From NCBI RefSeq assembly GCF_013122565.1, contig NZ_CP053258.1: a DNA stretch of 64,000 nt. One strand, given 5' to 3'. This DNA comes from Escherichia coli (GTDB taxonomy: Bacteria; Pseudomonadota; Gammaproteobacteria; Enterobacterales; Enterobacteriaceae). This document shows positions 23,650-33,891 of the stretch, one piece after another. Under the pieces are notes generated by a model. The model saw only the letters and a list, made by a program, of their open reading frames with translations. It searched no databases and had not been told where the DNA came from. The position numbers were made by a program, and so were the translations under genes. Each line of letters starts with the position of its first letter. The stretch's first letter is position 1.

Positions 23650-23740
23650 GTTCTCTCCCCTGACTGGCTTTACTCAATAGTGGCATGCTATTGCCACCTG
23701 CGCCTGTCAGAATTAACTTAAGTGTAGATAAAAATTCTGG

Positions 23741-24646
23741 TCAAATGTTGGTGCGTACCAACGGCAAAAGTTCGTCTATTTTCTTTTCCACTGCCAGCTG
23801 CCCGGCCGCAATGGCAGCGTGCGCGCGATGGAAATCAAGCGTAGATATTTGCGGGCAAACAGGTTGAATCAGAATATCGGGCGGATCACCTGCCATGCGG
23901 TTCCTTTTAAGGCGGTTCTCCAGCACCTGGATAGAAGTGGTCATAATCTCTGTTGCCGTTGGCGCTGTCACCGCCCGACGTGTTGTTATGCTGCCTAACC
24001 TTTCTTTCAGACGCGCATGCCACGGCAAAGATTCACCATTCTCGCTATTTTCTTCACTGACATTAAAGGAGAGCAAATCTTGTTGCATCAAATGAGCATC
24101 GTGCTGCAGGTCGACCGCTATCACAATATCAGCCCCCAATGCACGCGTGAGGGAAATAGGAATTGGGTTAACTACTGCTCCATCAACCAGCCAGTAGCCG
24201 TTATGTGCAACAGGTGCCATGAGTCCTGGAATACTGCATGATGCGCGAATAGCAAGATGGAGATCGCCTTCAGTAAACCATAATTCACGTCCCGTACTTA
24301 AATTGGTGGCAACAGCCGCAAAGCGACGGGAACAATTTTCGATCTCTGTTTCCGGCATTATTTCGCGGTATTGATTGAAGACACGCTCGCCGCGCAGTAA
24401 CCCACCGCGCTGCCAGGAGAGATCCATCAGGCGTAAAACATCCCAATAACTGAAAGAGGTCACCCAATCTTCCAGCGCAGATAATCGATCGCATGCATAG
24501 GCAGCGCCCACCAGCGAACCAATTGAACATCCTGCAACGATATCAATTTCAATACCCACTTTTTTTAGCGCATTAATAACGCCAATATGCGACCAACCTC
24601 TTGCCGCGCCAGATCCCAGCGCCAGCCCTATTTTTATCTTTCTCAT
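23741..24646 (-). CDS. rssA: Patatin-like phospholipase RssA (301 aa; track ORF extends to 24685)
   Basis: GxGxxRG oxyanion motif GSGAARGWSHIG and GxSxG lipase motif GCSIGS. Confidence 0.92.
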   Translation of the reverse strand: MRKIKIGLALGSGAARGWSHIGVINALKKVGIEIDIVAGCSIGSLVGAAYACDRLSALEDWVTSFSYWDVLRLMDLSWQRGGLLRGERVFNQYREIMPETEIENCSRRFAAVATNLSTGRELWFTEGDLHLAIRASCSIPGLMAPVAHNGYWLVDGAVVNPIPISLTRALGADIVIAVDLQHDAHLMQQDLLSFNVSEENSENGESLPWHARLKERLGSITTRRAVTAPTATEIMTTSIQVLENRLKRNRMAGDPPDILIQPVCPQISTLDFHRAHAAIAAGQLAVEKKIDELLPLVRTNI

Positions 24647-24758
24647 TATTCCCGCAAGATTCCCCTGGAATGCAATCGTAGCCACATCGCTACTGCTCGG
24701 TTAACATAGTGCTACTCAGGCGGTTAATACGCCGTTATTGTTTCCAGGGAGATTATTT

Positions 24759-25217
24759 GTGTCTCAGCTTTGTCCCTGTGGTAGTGCTGTCGAGTATAGC
24801 CTATGTTGCCACCCTTATGTGTCTGGTGAAAAGGTTGCACCTGATCCAGAACATCTCATGCGTTCGCGTTACTGCGCTTTTGTGATGCAAGACGCAGATT
24901 ATTTAATAAAGACCTGGCATCCATCTTGTGGAGCAGCGGCGTTACGTGCCGAATTGATTGCCGGATTTGCGCATACTGAATGGTTGGGATTGACCGTATT
25001 TGAACATTGTTGGCAGGACGCCGACAATATCGGATTTGTCAGTTTTGTTGCTCGATTTACCGAAGGTGGCAAAACAGGTGCAATAATTGAACGTTCGCGA
25101 TTTTTGAAAGAAAACGGTCAATGGTACTATATTGACGGTACACGTCCGCAGTTTGGCCGCAACGATCCCTGCCCTTGTGGTTCAGGTAAAAAATTTAAAA
25201 AGTGCTGCGGCCAATAA
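24759..25217 (+). CDS. ychJ: UPF0225 protein YchJ (SEC-C metal-binding motifs, 152 aa, GTG start)
   Basis: CPCGS motifs at both ends (N-terminal [14 protein letters not shown]-terminal [13 protein letters not shown]). Confidence 0.9.
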   Translation: MSQLCPCGSAVEYSLCCHPYVSGEKVAPDPEHLMRSRYCAFVMQDADYLIKTWHPSCGAAALRAELIAGFAHTEWLGLTVFEHCWQDADNIGFVSFVARFTEGGKTGAIIERSRFLKENGQWYYIDGTRPQFGRNDPCPCGSGKKFKKCCGQ

Positions 25218-25266
25218 TGGTTGACGGTACGGTTTAGCAAACACTCTCAACAAGGTTTTTCCAGCA

Positions 25267-26109
25267 ATGCATTCACTCCAACGTAAAGTTCTGCGTACTA
25301 TTTGTCCGGACCAAAAAGGTCTGATCGCACGTATTACCAATATTTGCTACAAGCACGAGTTAAATATCGTACAGAACAATGAATTTGTTGATCACCGTAC
25401 CGGGCGCTTTTTTATGCGCACGGAACTGGAAGGGATTTTTAATGATTCCACCCTGCTGGCGGATCTCGATAGCGCATTGCCAGAAGGCTCCGTGCGTGAG
25501 CTGAATCCTGCCGGTCGTCGCCGGATAGTGATTCTGGTCACTAAAGAAGCGCATTGCCTTGGCGATTTGTTGATGAAAGCCAATTATGGCGGCCTGGATG
25601 TCGAAATCGCGGCAGTGATTGGTAACCACGATACTTTACGTTCTCTGGTTGAGCGTTTTGATATACCGTTTGAGCTGGTAAGCCATGAAGGGTTAAGCCG
25701 CAACGAGCACGATCAAAAGATGGCGGATGCCATTGATGCTTATCAACCTGACTACGTGGTGCTGGCGAAGTATATGCGGGTATTAACACCGGAATTTGTG
25801 TCACGCTTCCCGAATAAAATCATCAATATTCACCATTCCTTCCTGCCAGCGTTTATCGGCGCACGTCCTTATCACCAGGCCTATGAACGTGGCGTGAAGA
25901 TTATTGGCGCAACCGCTCACTATGTGAATGACAATCTGGACGAAGGCCCAATCATCATGCAGGACGTTATTCATGTCGATCATACCTACACAGCTGAAGA
26001 TATGATGCGCGCAGGTCGTGACGTCGAGAAAAACGTCTTAAGTCGTGCGCTTTACAAAGTACTGGCGCAGCGCGTCTTTGTTTACGGTAATCGCACGATT
26101 ATTCTTTAA
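25267..26109 (+). CDS. purU: Formyltetrahydrofolate deformylase PurU
   Basis: 280-aa ORF with N-terminal ACT domain and formyltransferase core. Confidence 0.95.
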   Translation: MHSLQRKVLRTICPDQKGLIARITNICYKHELNIVQNNEFVDHRTGRFFMRTELEGIFNDSTLLADLDSALPEGSVRELNPAGRRRIVILVTKEAHCLGDLLMKANYGGLDVEIAAVIGNHDTLRSLVERFDIPFELVSHEGLSRNEHDQKMADAIDAYQPDYVVLAKYMRVLTPEFVSRFPNKIINIHHSFLPAFIGARPYHQAYERGVKIIGATAHYVNDNLDEGPIIMQDVIHVDHTYTAEDMMRAGRDVEKNVLSRALYKVLAQRVFVYGNRTIIL

Positions 26110-26190
26110 TCACCAGCAAAAATAACTGGTTACCTTTAATCCGTTACGGCTGAAAATTACGCAACCAGTTCATTTTTCTCAACGTAACAC

Positions 26191-26218
26191 TTTACAGCGG
26201 CGCGTCATTTGATATGAT
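26191..26218 (+). promoter_or_regulatory. tyrT-type tRNA promoter (-35 TTTACA, 16-bp spacer, -10 TATGAT, GC-rich discriminator)
   Basis: tttacagcggcgcgtcatttgatatgat followed by gcgccccgcttcccg; about 45 nt upstream of the mature tRNA 5' end. Confidence 0.85.
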
Positions 26219-26268
26219 GCGCCCCGCTTCCCGATAAGGGAGCAGGCCAGTAAAAAGCATTACCCCGT

Positions 26269-26353
<85 letters not shown>

Positions 26354-26530
26354 TCACTTTCAAAAGTTCCTGAACTCTCAAGCGAATCCGCAATTAAATA
26401 TTCTGCCCAAGCGGTGAAGGATGAGAAGATTCGACCAAGGTTCGACTCGAGCGTCAGCGAGAGAGCGTTGCCGCAGGCAACGACCCGAAGGGCGAAGCGC
26501 GCAGCGCTAGTAATCCTTCCCCCACCACCA
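26354..26530 (+). repeat. rtT-type repeat unit downstream of tRNA-Tyr, ending in a copy of the tRNA 3' end
   Basis: Unit ends with aatccttcccccaccacca, identical to the last 19 nt of the tRNA; the following ~50 bp re-start the unit in degenerate form. Confidence 0.75.
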
Positions 26531-26668
26531 TTACTTCCTGAAATACTCAAACCCTGTTACTCCGAGCTAATTCTGCCCGATGGCACCGCGTTTACCGGAC
26601 CTAAAATATCCTCCCCTGAAGTTCGGATAAGCGAAGCGCATCCGACAACTCACCCCGCACCGTGCCCA

Positions 26669-26694
26669 TAAAAAAACCCCGCCGAAGCAGGGTC
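26669..26694 (-). terminator. Rho-independent terminator of the narGHJI operon
   Basis: Minus-strand hairpin CCCUGC-uucg-GCGGGG followed by U7, 20 nt after the narI stop. Confidence 0.7.
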
Positions 26695-26713
26695 TATGTG
26701 AACTAAAATTCGC

Positions 26714-27391
26714 TTAGTGACGGGCGCGCACCAGCTGATACTTACGTGTCAGATACTCCACCGGGACGCTCCAGATGTGCACCAGACGCGAGAACGGGAA
26801 CAGCAGGAATAACGTCATCCCCAGCACCAGGTGCAGACGGAAGATAAACGCCACGCCATCAAGATGTTGAGAAGCACCACCGTGGAAGGTCACTACCGAC
26901 TGCGCCCAGCCAACCAGTTTCATCATCTCGCTACCGTCCATATGTTGGGCGGAGAACGGAATGGTCAACAGGCCCAGCGCGCACTGGATAACGAGCAGCG
27001 ACAGGATCAGGATATCCGCTCCGGTAGTGGTTGCACGCACGCGTGGGCTGAACAGACGACGCTTCAGCAACAGCACGCCGCCAATCAGACACAGCACACC
27101 GCTGGCACCACCAGCAAACATCGCCATTTTCTGTTTCACTTCAATCGGCAGCCAGGCTTCATACATCCAGTGCGGCGTCAGCATACCGAAGAAGTGACCA
27201 ACAAAAATCCCCAGAATCCCGATATGGAACAGGTTCGACGCCAGGTTCATCCCTTTGCGATCCAGCATCTGGCTGGACGCCGCGCGCCAGGTGTACTGCC
27301 CGTAGTCATAACGCAGCCAGCTACCAATCAGGAAGACCGCTCCGGCTATGTACGGGTAGATATCAAAGAAGAACATATTCAGGAATTGCAT
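26714..27391 (-). CDS. narI: Respiratory nitrate reductase gamma subunit (cytochrome b) NarI
   Basis: 225-aa multi-TM ORF, recognised; operon context. Confidence 0.96.
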   Translation of the reverse strand: MQFLNMFFFDIYPYIAGAVFLIGSWLRYDYGQYTWRAASSQMLDRKGMNLASNLFHIGILGIFVGHFFGMLTPHWMYEAWLPIEVKQKMAMFAGGASGVLCLIGGVLLLKRRLFSPRVRATTTGADILILSLLVIQCALGLLTIPFSAQHMDGSEMMKLVGWAQSVVTFHGGASQHLDGVAFIFRLHLVLGMTLFLLFPFSRLVHIWSVPVEYLTRKYQLVRARH

Positions 27392-28101
27392 TAGTGCTGT
27401 CCTCCGGTGGTGATATTCAGATATTGCGGCGCGACGGCACCGGCAAAGCGACGCTGATGAGCAGTGATTGCTGAATCACCGCAGCCTTTGTCAGCAAAGA
27501 ATTTAACCTGCTCTTCTTCCCAGACGGCATCCAGCGCCTGCGGCGTATCGTCGCGTGCTTCGTCGGCAATTTTTTCCGCCACTTTGTCGCTGTCGATAGC
27601 GGTATTCGCCAGTTTCAGCAGCAGATCAAACAGCACGGCATAACGGCTTTCACGCTGTTGCAGACGCGCACTCAGCAATGCCAGAATCGGCGCAATATCT
27701 TTCAAACCCTCCACGGCTTCGCTTTGCGGCAGCTGCGCCAGGTACTCCAGATACAGCGGCAGATGGTCCGGCAATTCGCGGCTGTTTAACTGCAAGCCGT
27801 GCTGCTCATACTGCGCCAGCAGGTCCACCATCGCCTGACCGCGGTCGCGGGATTCGCCGTGCACATGTTCAAACAGCAACAACGACGTGGCGCGGCCACG
27901 GTCGAACAGTTCGCTGTACTGCGCCTGGGCATCGAGCGGATCCATCGTCGTTAAATCGCGCAGGAAAATGCCCAGCGCATGGGCATCCTCTTTTGGCAGA
28001 TTTTTCGACGCGGCAATCGCCTCAAACATCTCTTGTTGATGCTGCCATAAGGCAGCATCCGGATATTCAAGGAGACGCGATACAATCACGAGTTCGATCA
28101 T
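27391..28101 (-). CDS. narJ: Nitrate reductase molybdenum cofactor assembly chaperone NarJ
   Basis: 236-aa [23 protein letters not shown]; operon context. Confidence 0.95.
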   Translation of the reverse strand: MIELVIVSRLLEYPDAALWQHQQEMFEAIAASKNLPKEDAHALGIFLRDLTTMDPLDAQAQYSELFDRGRATSLLLFEHVHGESRDRGQAMVDLLAQYEQHGLQLNSRELPDHLPLYLEYLAQLPQSEAVEGLKDIAPILALLSARLQQRESRYAVLFDLLLKLANTAIDSDKVAEKIADEARDDTPQALDAVWEEEQVKFFADKGCGDSAITAHQRRFAGAVAPQYLNITTGGQH

Positions 28102-29636
28102 GGATGCGGCTCCGTTTTGCTGGTCACATCGATGGCATCGATACGACGGCTGTTGAACAGATTGAATTTGGTATCTGAACCGTGGCAGCCATCACCAAAG
28201 GTAAAGCCGCAGCCATTTTTCTCCGGGAAGGCTTCCCGTGCCAGTTCACGATGACTACTCGGCACCACAAAGCGATCTTCGTAGTTAGCAATCGCCAGAT
28301 AACGGTACATCTCCTGTGCCTGGGCTTCGGTCAGACCGACCTCTTCCAGCGCACGGGTATCAACTTTACCGTCAACGGTTTCAGCACGTTTGTAATGACG
28401 CATCGCCAGCATACGTTTCAGCGCGCGCAGTACCGGTTTGGTATCACCGGCGGTCAGCAGATTCGCCAGATACTGTACCGGAATACGCAGGCTTTCGACG
28501 TCTGGCAGAATGCCGTTGCTGCCCAGCTCACCCGCATCTGCTGCAGACTGAATCGGAGACAGAGGCGGCACGTACCAGACCATCGGCAGTGTGCGATATT
28601 CTGGATGCAGCGGCAGCGCCAGTTTCCATTCCATTGCCATTTTATAAACCGGCGACTGCTGTGCGGCTTCAATAACGCTCAGCGGAATACCGTCTTTAAT
28701 CGCCTGCTCGATGACTTTCGGATCGTTCGGATCGAGGAACACGTCCAGCTGACGCTGGTAAAGATCTTTCTCGTTCTCGGTGCTGGCTGCACGTTCAATC
28801 GCGTCGGCATCGTATAACAGCACGCCGAGATAACGGATACGACCGACACAGGTTTCTGAGCACACGGTCGGCTGACCCGCTTCAATACGCGGATAGCAGA
28901 AGATGCACTTCTCAGACTTACCGCTCTTCCAGTTGAAGTAGATTTTTTTGTACGGGCATCCAGTGATGCACATACGCCAGCCACGGCATTTATCCTGGTC
29001 GATCAGGACGATGCCATCTTCTTCACGCTTGTAAATCGCACCGCTCGGGCAGGTCGCCACACATGCCGGGTTCAGGCAGTGTTCGCACAGGCGCGGCAAA
29101 TACATCATGAAGGTGTTTTCGAACTGGCTATACATCGCCTTCTGGATGTTGTCGAAGTTCTTGTCTTTCGCCAGTTTGTCAAACTCACCGCCCAGGTCAT
29201 CTTCCCAGTTCGGCCCTTTTTCGATTTTTGCCATCCGTTCGCCGGTAATCAGCGAACGCGGACGGGCAATCGGCTGCGCTTTGCTGCCTTCCGGCGCGGT
29301 ATGCAGGTTCTGATAATCAAAATCGAACGGCTCGTAATAATCGTCGATCCCCGGCAGATGCGGGTTAGCAAAGATTTTACCCAGCAGCATGGCTCGGTTA
29401 CCCATGCGCGGTTGCAGTTTGCCATTGATTTTACGGATCCAGCCGCCTTTGTATTTTTCCTGGTTTTCCCAGTCAGTCGGGAAGCCCTGGCCCGGCTTGG
29501 TTTCCACGTTGTTGAACCACGCGTATTCCACGCCTTCACGGCTGGTCCAGACGTTTTTACAGGTAACTGAACAGGTGTGGCAGCCGATGCACTTATCGAG
29601 ATTCAGCACCATGCCGACTTGTGAACGAATTTTCAT
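28098..29636 (-). CDS. narH: Respiratory nitrate reductase beta subunit (Fe-S) NarH
   Basis: 512-aa ORF with multiple CxxCxxCxxxC ferredoxin-type clusters. Confidence 0.97.
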   Translation of the reverse strand: MKIRSQVGMVLNLDKCIGCHTCSVTCKNVWTSREGVEYAWFNNVETKPGQGFPTDWENQEKYKGGWIRKINGKLQPRMGNRAMLLGKIFANPHLPGIDDYYEPFDFDYQNLHTAPEGSKAQPIARPRSLITGERMAKIEKGPNWEDDLGGEFDKLAKDKNFDNIQKAMYSQFENTFMMYLPRLCEHCLNPACVATCPSGAIYKREEDGIVLIDQDKCRGWRMCITGCPYKKIYFNWKSGKSEKCIFCYPRIEAGQPTVCSETCVGRIRYLGVLLYDADAIERAASTENEKDLYQRQLDVFLDPNDPKVIEQAIKDGIPLSVIEAAQQSPVYKMAMEWKLALPLHPEYRTLPMVWYVPPLSPIQSAADAGELGSNGILPDVESLRIPVQYLANLLTAGDTKPVLRALKRMLAMRHYKRAETVDGKVDTRALEEVGLTEAQAQEMYRYLAIANYEDRFVVPSSHRELAREAFPEKNGCGFTFGDGCHGSDTKFNLFNSRRIDAIDVTSKTEPHP

Positions 29637-32600
29637 TTTACGCTCTCCTGTACCTGGTCATTGCCTTCGCCATCTAACCAGTCAATGTTCTTCATCTTAC
29701 GCACTACAACAAACTCATCGCGGTTAGAACCTACGGTGCCGTAGTAGTTAAAGCCGTATGCCAGATGGGCATAGCCGCCGATCATATGCGTCGGTTTCGG
29801 CGTGATACGGGTGACCGAGTTATGGATACCACCACGCTGTTGGGTAATTTCCGAACCAGGCAGGTTAACGATACGTTCCTGCGCGTGGTACATCATGGTC
29901 ATCCCTGCCGGAACACGCTGGCTGACAACCGCACGGGCAGTCAGAGCACCGTTGCTGTTGAATACTTCAATCCAGTCGTTATCGGCGATACCCAGATCTT
30001 TGGCATCGGCTTCACTCAACCAGACCACCGGACCACCGCGACCTAAAGTTAGCATCAGCAGGTTGTCGCTGTAGGTGGAGTGGATACCCCACTTCTGGTG
30101 CGGCGTCAGGAAGTTGAGCGCTTTTTCCGGGTTGCCGTTGGATTTCTGGCCCATCACTTCTTTCACCGAACGGGTGTCGATCGGCGGACGATAAACCAGC
30201 AAGCTTTCACCGAAATCACGCATCCACTGGTGATCCTGATACAGTTGCTGACGGCCCGAGAGCGTACGCCACGGGATCAGCTCGTGAACGTTGGTGTAAC
30301 CGGCGTTGTAAGAAACGTGTTCATCTTCAAGGCCAGACCAGGTCGGGCTGGAGATAATTTTGCGCGGCTGTGCCTGAATATCGCGGAAGCGAATCTTCTC
30401 GTCTTCTTTATTCAGCGCCAGATGCGTATGGTCACGACCGGTAAACTCGCTCAGGGCAGCCCAGGCTTTCACGGCTACCTGACCGTTGGTTTCCGGTGCC
30501 AGCGTCAGGATCATGTCTGCCGCATCAATTGCGGTGTTCAGCATGGGCTGGCCTTTTGCCGGACCTTCCGCTTTGGTGTAGTTGAGCTTACGCAGCAGAT
30601 CCATCTCGCTCTGGGTGTTCCAGGCAATCCCTTTACCGCCATTACCTATTTTCTCCATCAGCGGGCCGATAGAGGTAAAGCGTTCGTAAGTCGCCGGATA
30701 ATCGCGCTCTACGACCATAATGTGTGGCGCGGTTTTACCTGGGATCAGGTCGCACTCGCCTTTTTTCCAGTCTTTCACATCCAGCGGCTGCGCCAGTTCA
30801 GCGGCAGAGTCGTGCTGGATAGGCAGCGTGACGATGTCGGTTTCTTTACCCAGATGACCGACGCACACTTCGGAGAATTTCCTGGCAATGGCTTTGTAGA
30901 TTTCCCAGTCGCTTTTCGCTTCCCAGGCCGGATCGACCGCCGCAGACAGCGGGTGAATAAACGGATGCATATCCGAAGTATTCATGTCGTCTTTTTCGTA
31001 CCAGGTCGCCGTCGGCAAAATGATGTCGGAATAGAGACAGGTGCTCGACAGACGGAAGTCCAGCGTCACCACCAGATCCAGCTTGCCTTCCAAACCATTG
31101 TCCTGCCAGTCCACTTCTTCCGGCTTCACGCCGCCCTGCTGCCCCAGATCTTTACCCTGGATACCGTGCTCCGTCCCCAGCAGGTACTTGAGCATAAACT
31201 CATGACCTTTACCGGAAGAACCGAGCAGGTTAGAACGCCAGATGAACAGGTTGCGCGGGTGGTTTTTACCGTTTTCTGGTTGTTCTGCCGCAAAACGGAT
31301 GGAACCCTCTTTCAGGGATTTCACCGTATAGTCCACCGGATTCATCCCGGCTTTTTCCGCTTCTCCAGCGATAGTCAGCGGGTTAGTGCCTAACTGCGGT
31401 GCAGACGGCAGCCAGCCCATGCGTTCTGCACGGACGTTAAAGTCGATCAGGTGTCCGGTATAACGGGATTTATCCGCCATCGGCGACAGCAACTCTTCCG
31501 CAGTCACGGTTTCATAACGCCACTGGCTGGAGTGGTTATAGAAATAAGAAGTGCTGTTCATGTGACGCGCCGGACGCTGCCAGTCAAGGGCAAACGCCAG
31601 CGGCTGCCAGCCGGTTTGCGGACGCAGTTTTTCCTGACCTACATAGTGCGCCCAGCCGCCCCCGCTCTGACCGACACAGCCGCAGAAAATCAGCATGTTG
31701 ATCAGACCACGATAGTTCATATCGAGGTGATACCAGTGGTTCAGCCCCGCACCGACGATAATCATCGAACGACCGTGCGTTTTATCAGCGTTATCGGCAA
31801 ATTCACGGGCGATGCGAATAATCTGGCTGCGAGAAACGCCGGTAATCTGCTCGGCCCAGGCCGGGGTATAAGCTTTCACATCGTCATAGCTGGTTGCACA
31901 GTTAACGTCGTTCAGGCCACGTTCCAGACCATAGTTTGCCAGCGTCAGATCATAAACGGTGGTCACCAGGGCGGTGCTGCCATCAGCCAGTTGCAGGCGT
32001 TTAACCGGCAGTTTGTGTAGCAGAATGTTTTCCAGTTCCACTTTGTTGAAGTGTTCCGTGCCGTCGCCACCAAAGTACGGGAAGCCCACCTCAGCGATCT
32101 CATCCTGGCTACCCAGCAGGCTCAGTTGCAGCTCGGTTTCTTCGCCAGTTTTGCCGTCGCGCTGCTCAAGATTCCATTTGCCCTTCTCGCCCCAGCGGAA
32201 GCCAATAGAACCGTTCGGCGCAACCATTTCGCCATTGGTATTAAAGGCGACAGTTTTCCATTCCGGATTGTTTTCCTGGCCCAGCGCATCAACCAGATCA
32301 GCTGCGCGCAGCATACGACCTGCAGCGTAGTAACCGTCGCGTTCTTCCAGCATCACCAGCATCGGCATGTCGGTATAGCGACGCACATAGTCGGTGAAAT
32401 ACTGGCTTGGGTTGTCGAGGTGGAATTCACGCAGCATTACGTGGCCCATCGCCAGCGCCATTGCCGCATCGGTGCCTTGTTTTGGGGCCAGCCATAGATC
32501 GCACAGTTTGGCGATTTCAGCGTAGTCTGGTGTGACGGCAACAGTCTTGGTGCCTTTGTAACGCACTTCAGTAAAGAAGTGAGCATCCGGGGTTCGCGTC

Positions 32601-33376
32601 TGCGGCACGTTTGAACCCCAGGCGATGATGTAGCTGGAGTTGTACCAGTCAGCAGATTCCGGTACGTCAGTTTGCTCGCCCCAGGTTTGCGGAGACGCAG
32701 GAGGCAGGTCGCAGTACCAGTCGTAGAAGCTTAAGCAAGTACCGCCAATCAGCGAGAGATAGCGCGCACCCGACGCGTAAGAAACCATCGACATTGCCGG
32801 AATTGGCGAGAAACCAGCGACACGGTCCGGGCCGTAGTTTTTGATGGTGTAAACGTTAGATGCGGCGATCAGTTCGTTCACTTCCTGCCAGGAAGAACGA
32901 ACAAAACCACCGCGTCCACGCGCCTGCTTAAAGCTTTTCGCTTTATCGGCGTCTTCAATGATAGAAGCCCATGCCTCAACCGGATCGCTATGCAGCGCCT
33001 TCGCTTCACGCCACATTTTCATCAGGCGTTTGCGCATCATCGGGTATTTCAGGCGGTTGGCACTGTAAAGATACCAGGAGTAGCTGGCACCGCGCGGGCA
33101 GCCGCGAGGTTCATGGTTTGGCAGATCCGGACGGGTACGCGGATAGTCAGTCTGCTGGGTTTCCCAGGTGACCAGACCGTTTTTGACGTAGATTTTCCAG
33201 CTGCAGGAGCCGGTGCAGTTTACCCCGTGGGTAGAGCGGACGATTTTGTCATGCTGCCAACGCTGGCGATATCCATCCTCCCAGTCACGGTTGGTATTGA
33301 GAAGCTGGCCATGCCCATCGGCAAAGGTTTCACCCTTCTGTTTGAAGTAGCGAAACCGGTCCAGGAATTTACTCAT
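29633..33376 (-). CDS. narG: Respiratory nitrate reductase alpha subunit NarG
   Basis: 1247-aa ORF MSKFLDRFRYFKQKGETFADGHGQ, molybdopterin oxidoreductase. Confidence 0.98.
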   Translation of the reverse strand: MSKFLDRFRYFKQKGETFADGHGQLLNTNRDWEDGYRQRWQHDKIVRSTHGVNCTGSCSWKIYVKNGLVTWETQQTDYPRTRPDLPNHEPRGCPRGASYSWYLYSANRLKYPMMRKRLMKMWREAKALHSDPVEAWASIIEDADKAKSFKQARGRGGFVRSSWQEVNELIAASNVYTIKNYGPDRVAGFSPIPAMSMVSYASGARYLSLIGGTCLSFYDWYCDLPPASPQTWGEQTDVPESADWYNSSYIIAWGSNVPQTRTPDAHFFTEVRYKGTKTVAVTPDYAEIAKLCDLWLAPKQGTDAAMALAMGHVMLREFHLDNPSQYFTDYVRRYTDMPMLVMLEERDGYYAAGRMLRAADLVDALGQENNPEWKTVAFNTNGEMVAPNGSIGFRWGEKGKWNLEQRDGKTGEETELQLSLLGSQDEIAEVGFPYFGGDGTEHFNKVELENILLHKLPVKRLQLADGSTALVTTVYDLTLANYGLERGLNDVNCATSYDDVKAYTPAWAEQITGVSRSQIIRIAREFADNADKTHGRSMIIVGAGLNHWYHLDMNYRGLINMLIFCGCVGQSGGGWAHYVGQEKLRPQTGWQPLAFALDWQRPARHMNSTSYFYNHSSQWRYETVTAEELLSPMADKSRYTGHLIDFNVRAERMGWLPSAPQLGTNPLTIAGEAEKAGMNPVDYTVKSLKEGSIRFAAEQPENGKNHPRNLFIWRSNLLGSSGKGHEFMLKYLLGTEHGIQGKDLGQQGGVKPEEVDWQDNGLEGKLDLVVTLDFRLSSTCLYSDIILPTATWYEKDDMNTSDMHPFIHPLSAAVDPAWEAKSDWEIYKAIARKFSEVCVGHLGKETDIVTLPIQHDSAAELAQPLDVKDWKKGECDLIPGKTAPHIMVVERDYPATYERFTSIGPLMEKIGNGGKGIAWNTQSEMDLLRKLNYTKAEGPAKGQPMLNTAIDAADMILTLAPETNGQVAVKAWAALSEFTGRDHTHLALNKEDEKIRFRDIQAQPRKIISSPTWSGLEDEHVSYNAGYTNVHELIPWRTLSGRQQLYQDHQWMRDFGESLLVYRPPIDTRSVKEVMGQKSNGNPEKALNFLTPHQKWGIHSTYSDNLLMLTLGRGGPVVWLSEADAKDLGIADNDWIEVFNSNGALTARAVVSQRVPAGMTMMYHAQERIVNLPGSEITQQRGGIHNSVTRITPKPTHMIGGYAHLAYGFNYYGTVGSNRDEFVVVRKMKNIDWLDGEGNDQVQESVK

Positions 33377-33467
33377 CGGTTTTCTCCTGTGGGAGCCTGT
33401 CGGCCCTCTGATAAATCGACATTGCTAATGTTTAAGGGCAAGGTAACGCTCTGAAACAGCGTGGGAA

Positions 33468-33481
33468 TTGATAACGATCAA
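33468..33481. promoter_or_regulatory. FNR box (TTGAT-N4-ATCAA) in the narG promoter
   Basis: Perfect ttgataacgatcaa about 90 bp upstream of the narG start codon. Confidence 0.8.
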
Positions 33482-33891
33482 GAGTGATGGGGATGAAAAA
33501 TAAAGTAAATTCCTAAGATACCCCTTTAGGATAATTAACAGCCACAACATAACAGACTGTAAATTAAGACATTTTATACCTGTAGTTATTTAAACTATTG
33601 AGATTTTTATGCAGATGGGTATTAAGGAGTATTCCCCATGGGTAACATATTAATGGCTCTTAATGAAATCCGGCGAAATAAACCATATAACATTAGTATG
33701 TTGTAACTAAATAACGCATAAAAAAAGCGCGACATCATGCCGCGCAAAGGATAATCAAATATTTTACTCTATATAATTCGGTTTACAGGAAGGCGGCAAG
33801 TGAATGAATCCCAGGAGCTTACTAAAGTAAGTGACTGGGGTGAATGAACGCAGCCGCAGCACATGTAACCCGAAGTATGACGAGTAACGGT

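Noticed and set aside
30080-31393. 437-aa plus-strand ORF, with further plus-strand ORFs at 31451..32020 and 32051..32497
   Set aside because: All antisense inside narG; no SD sequences, non-ATG starts, arginine-rich junk-like translations.
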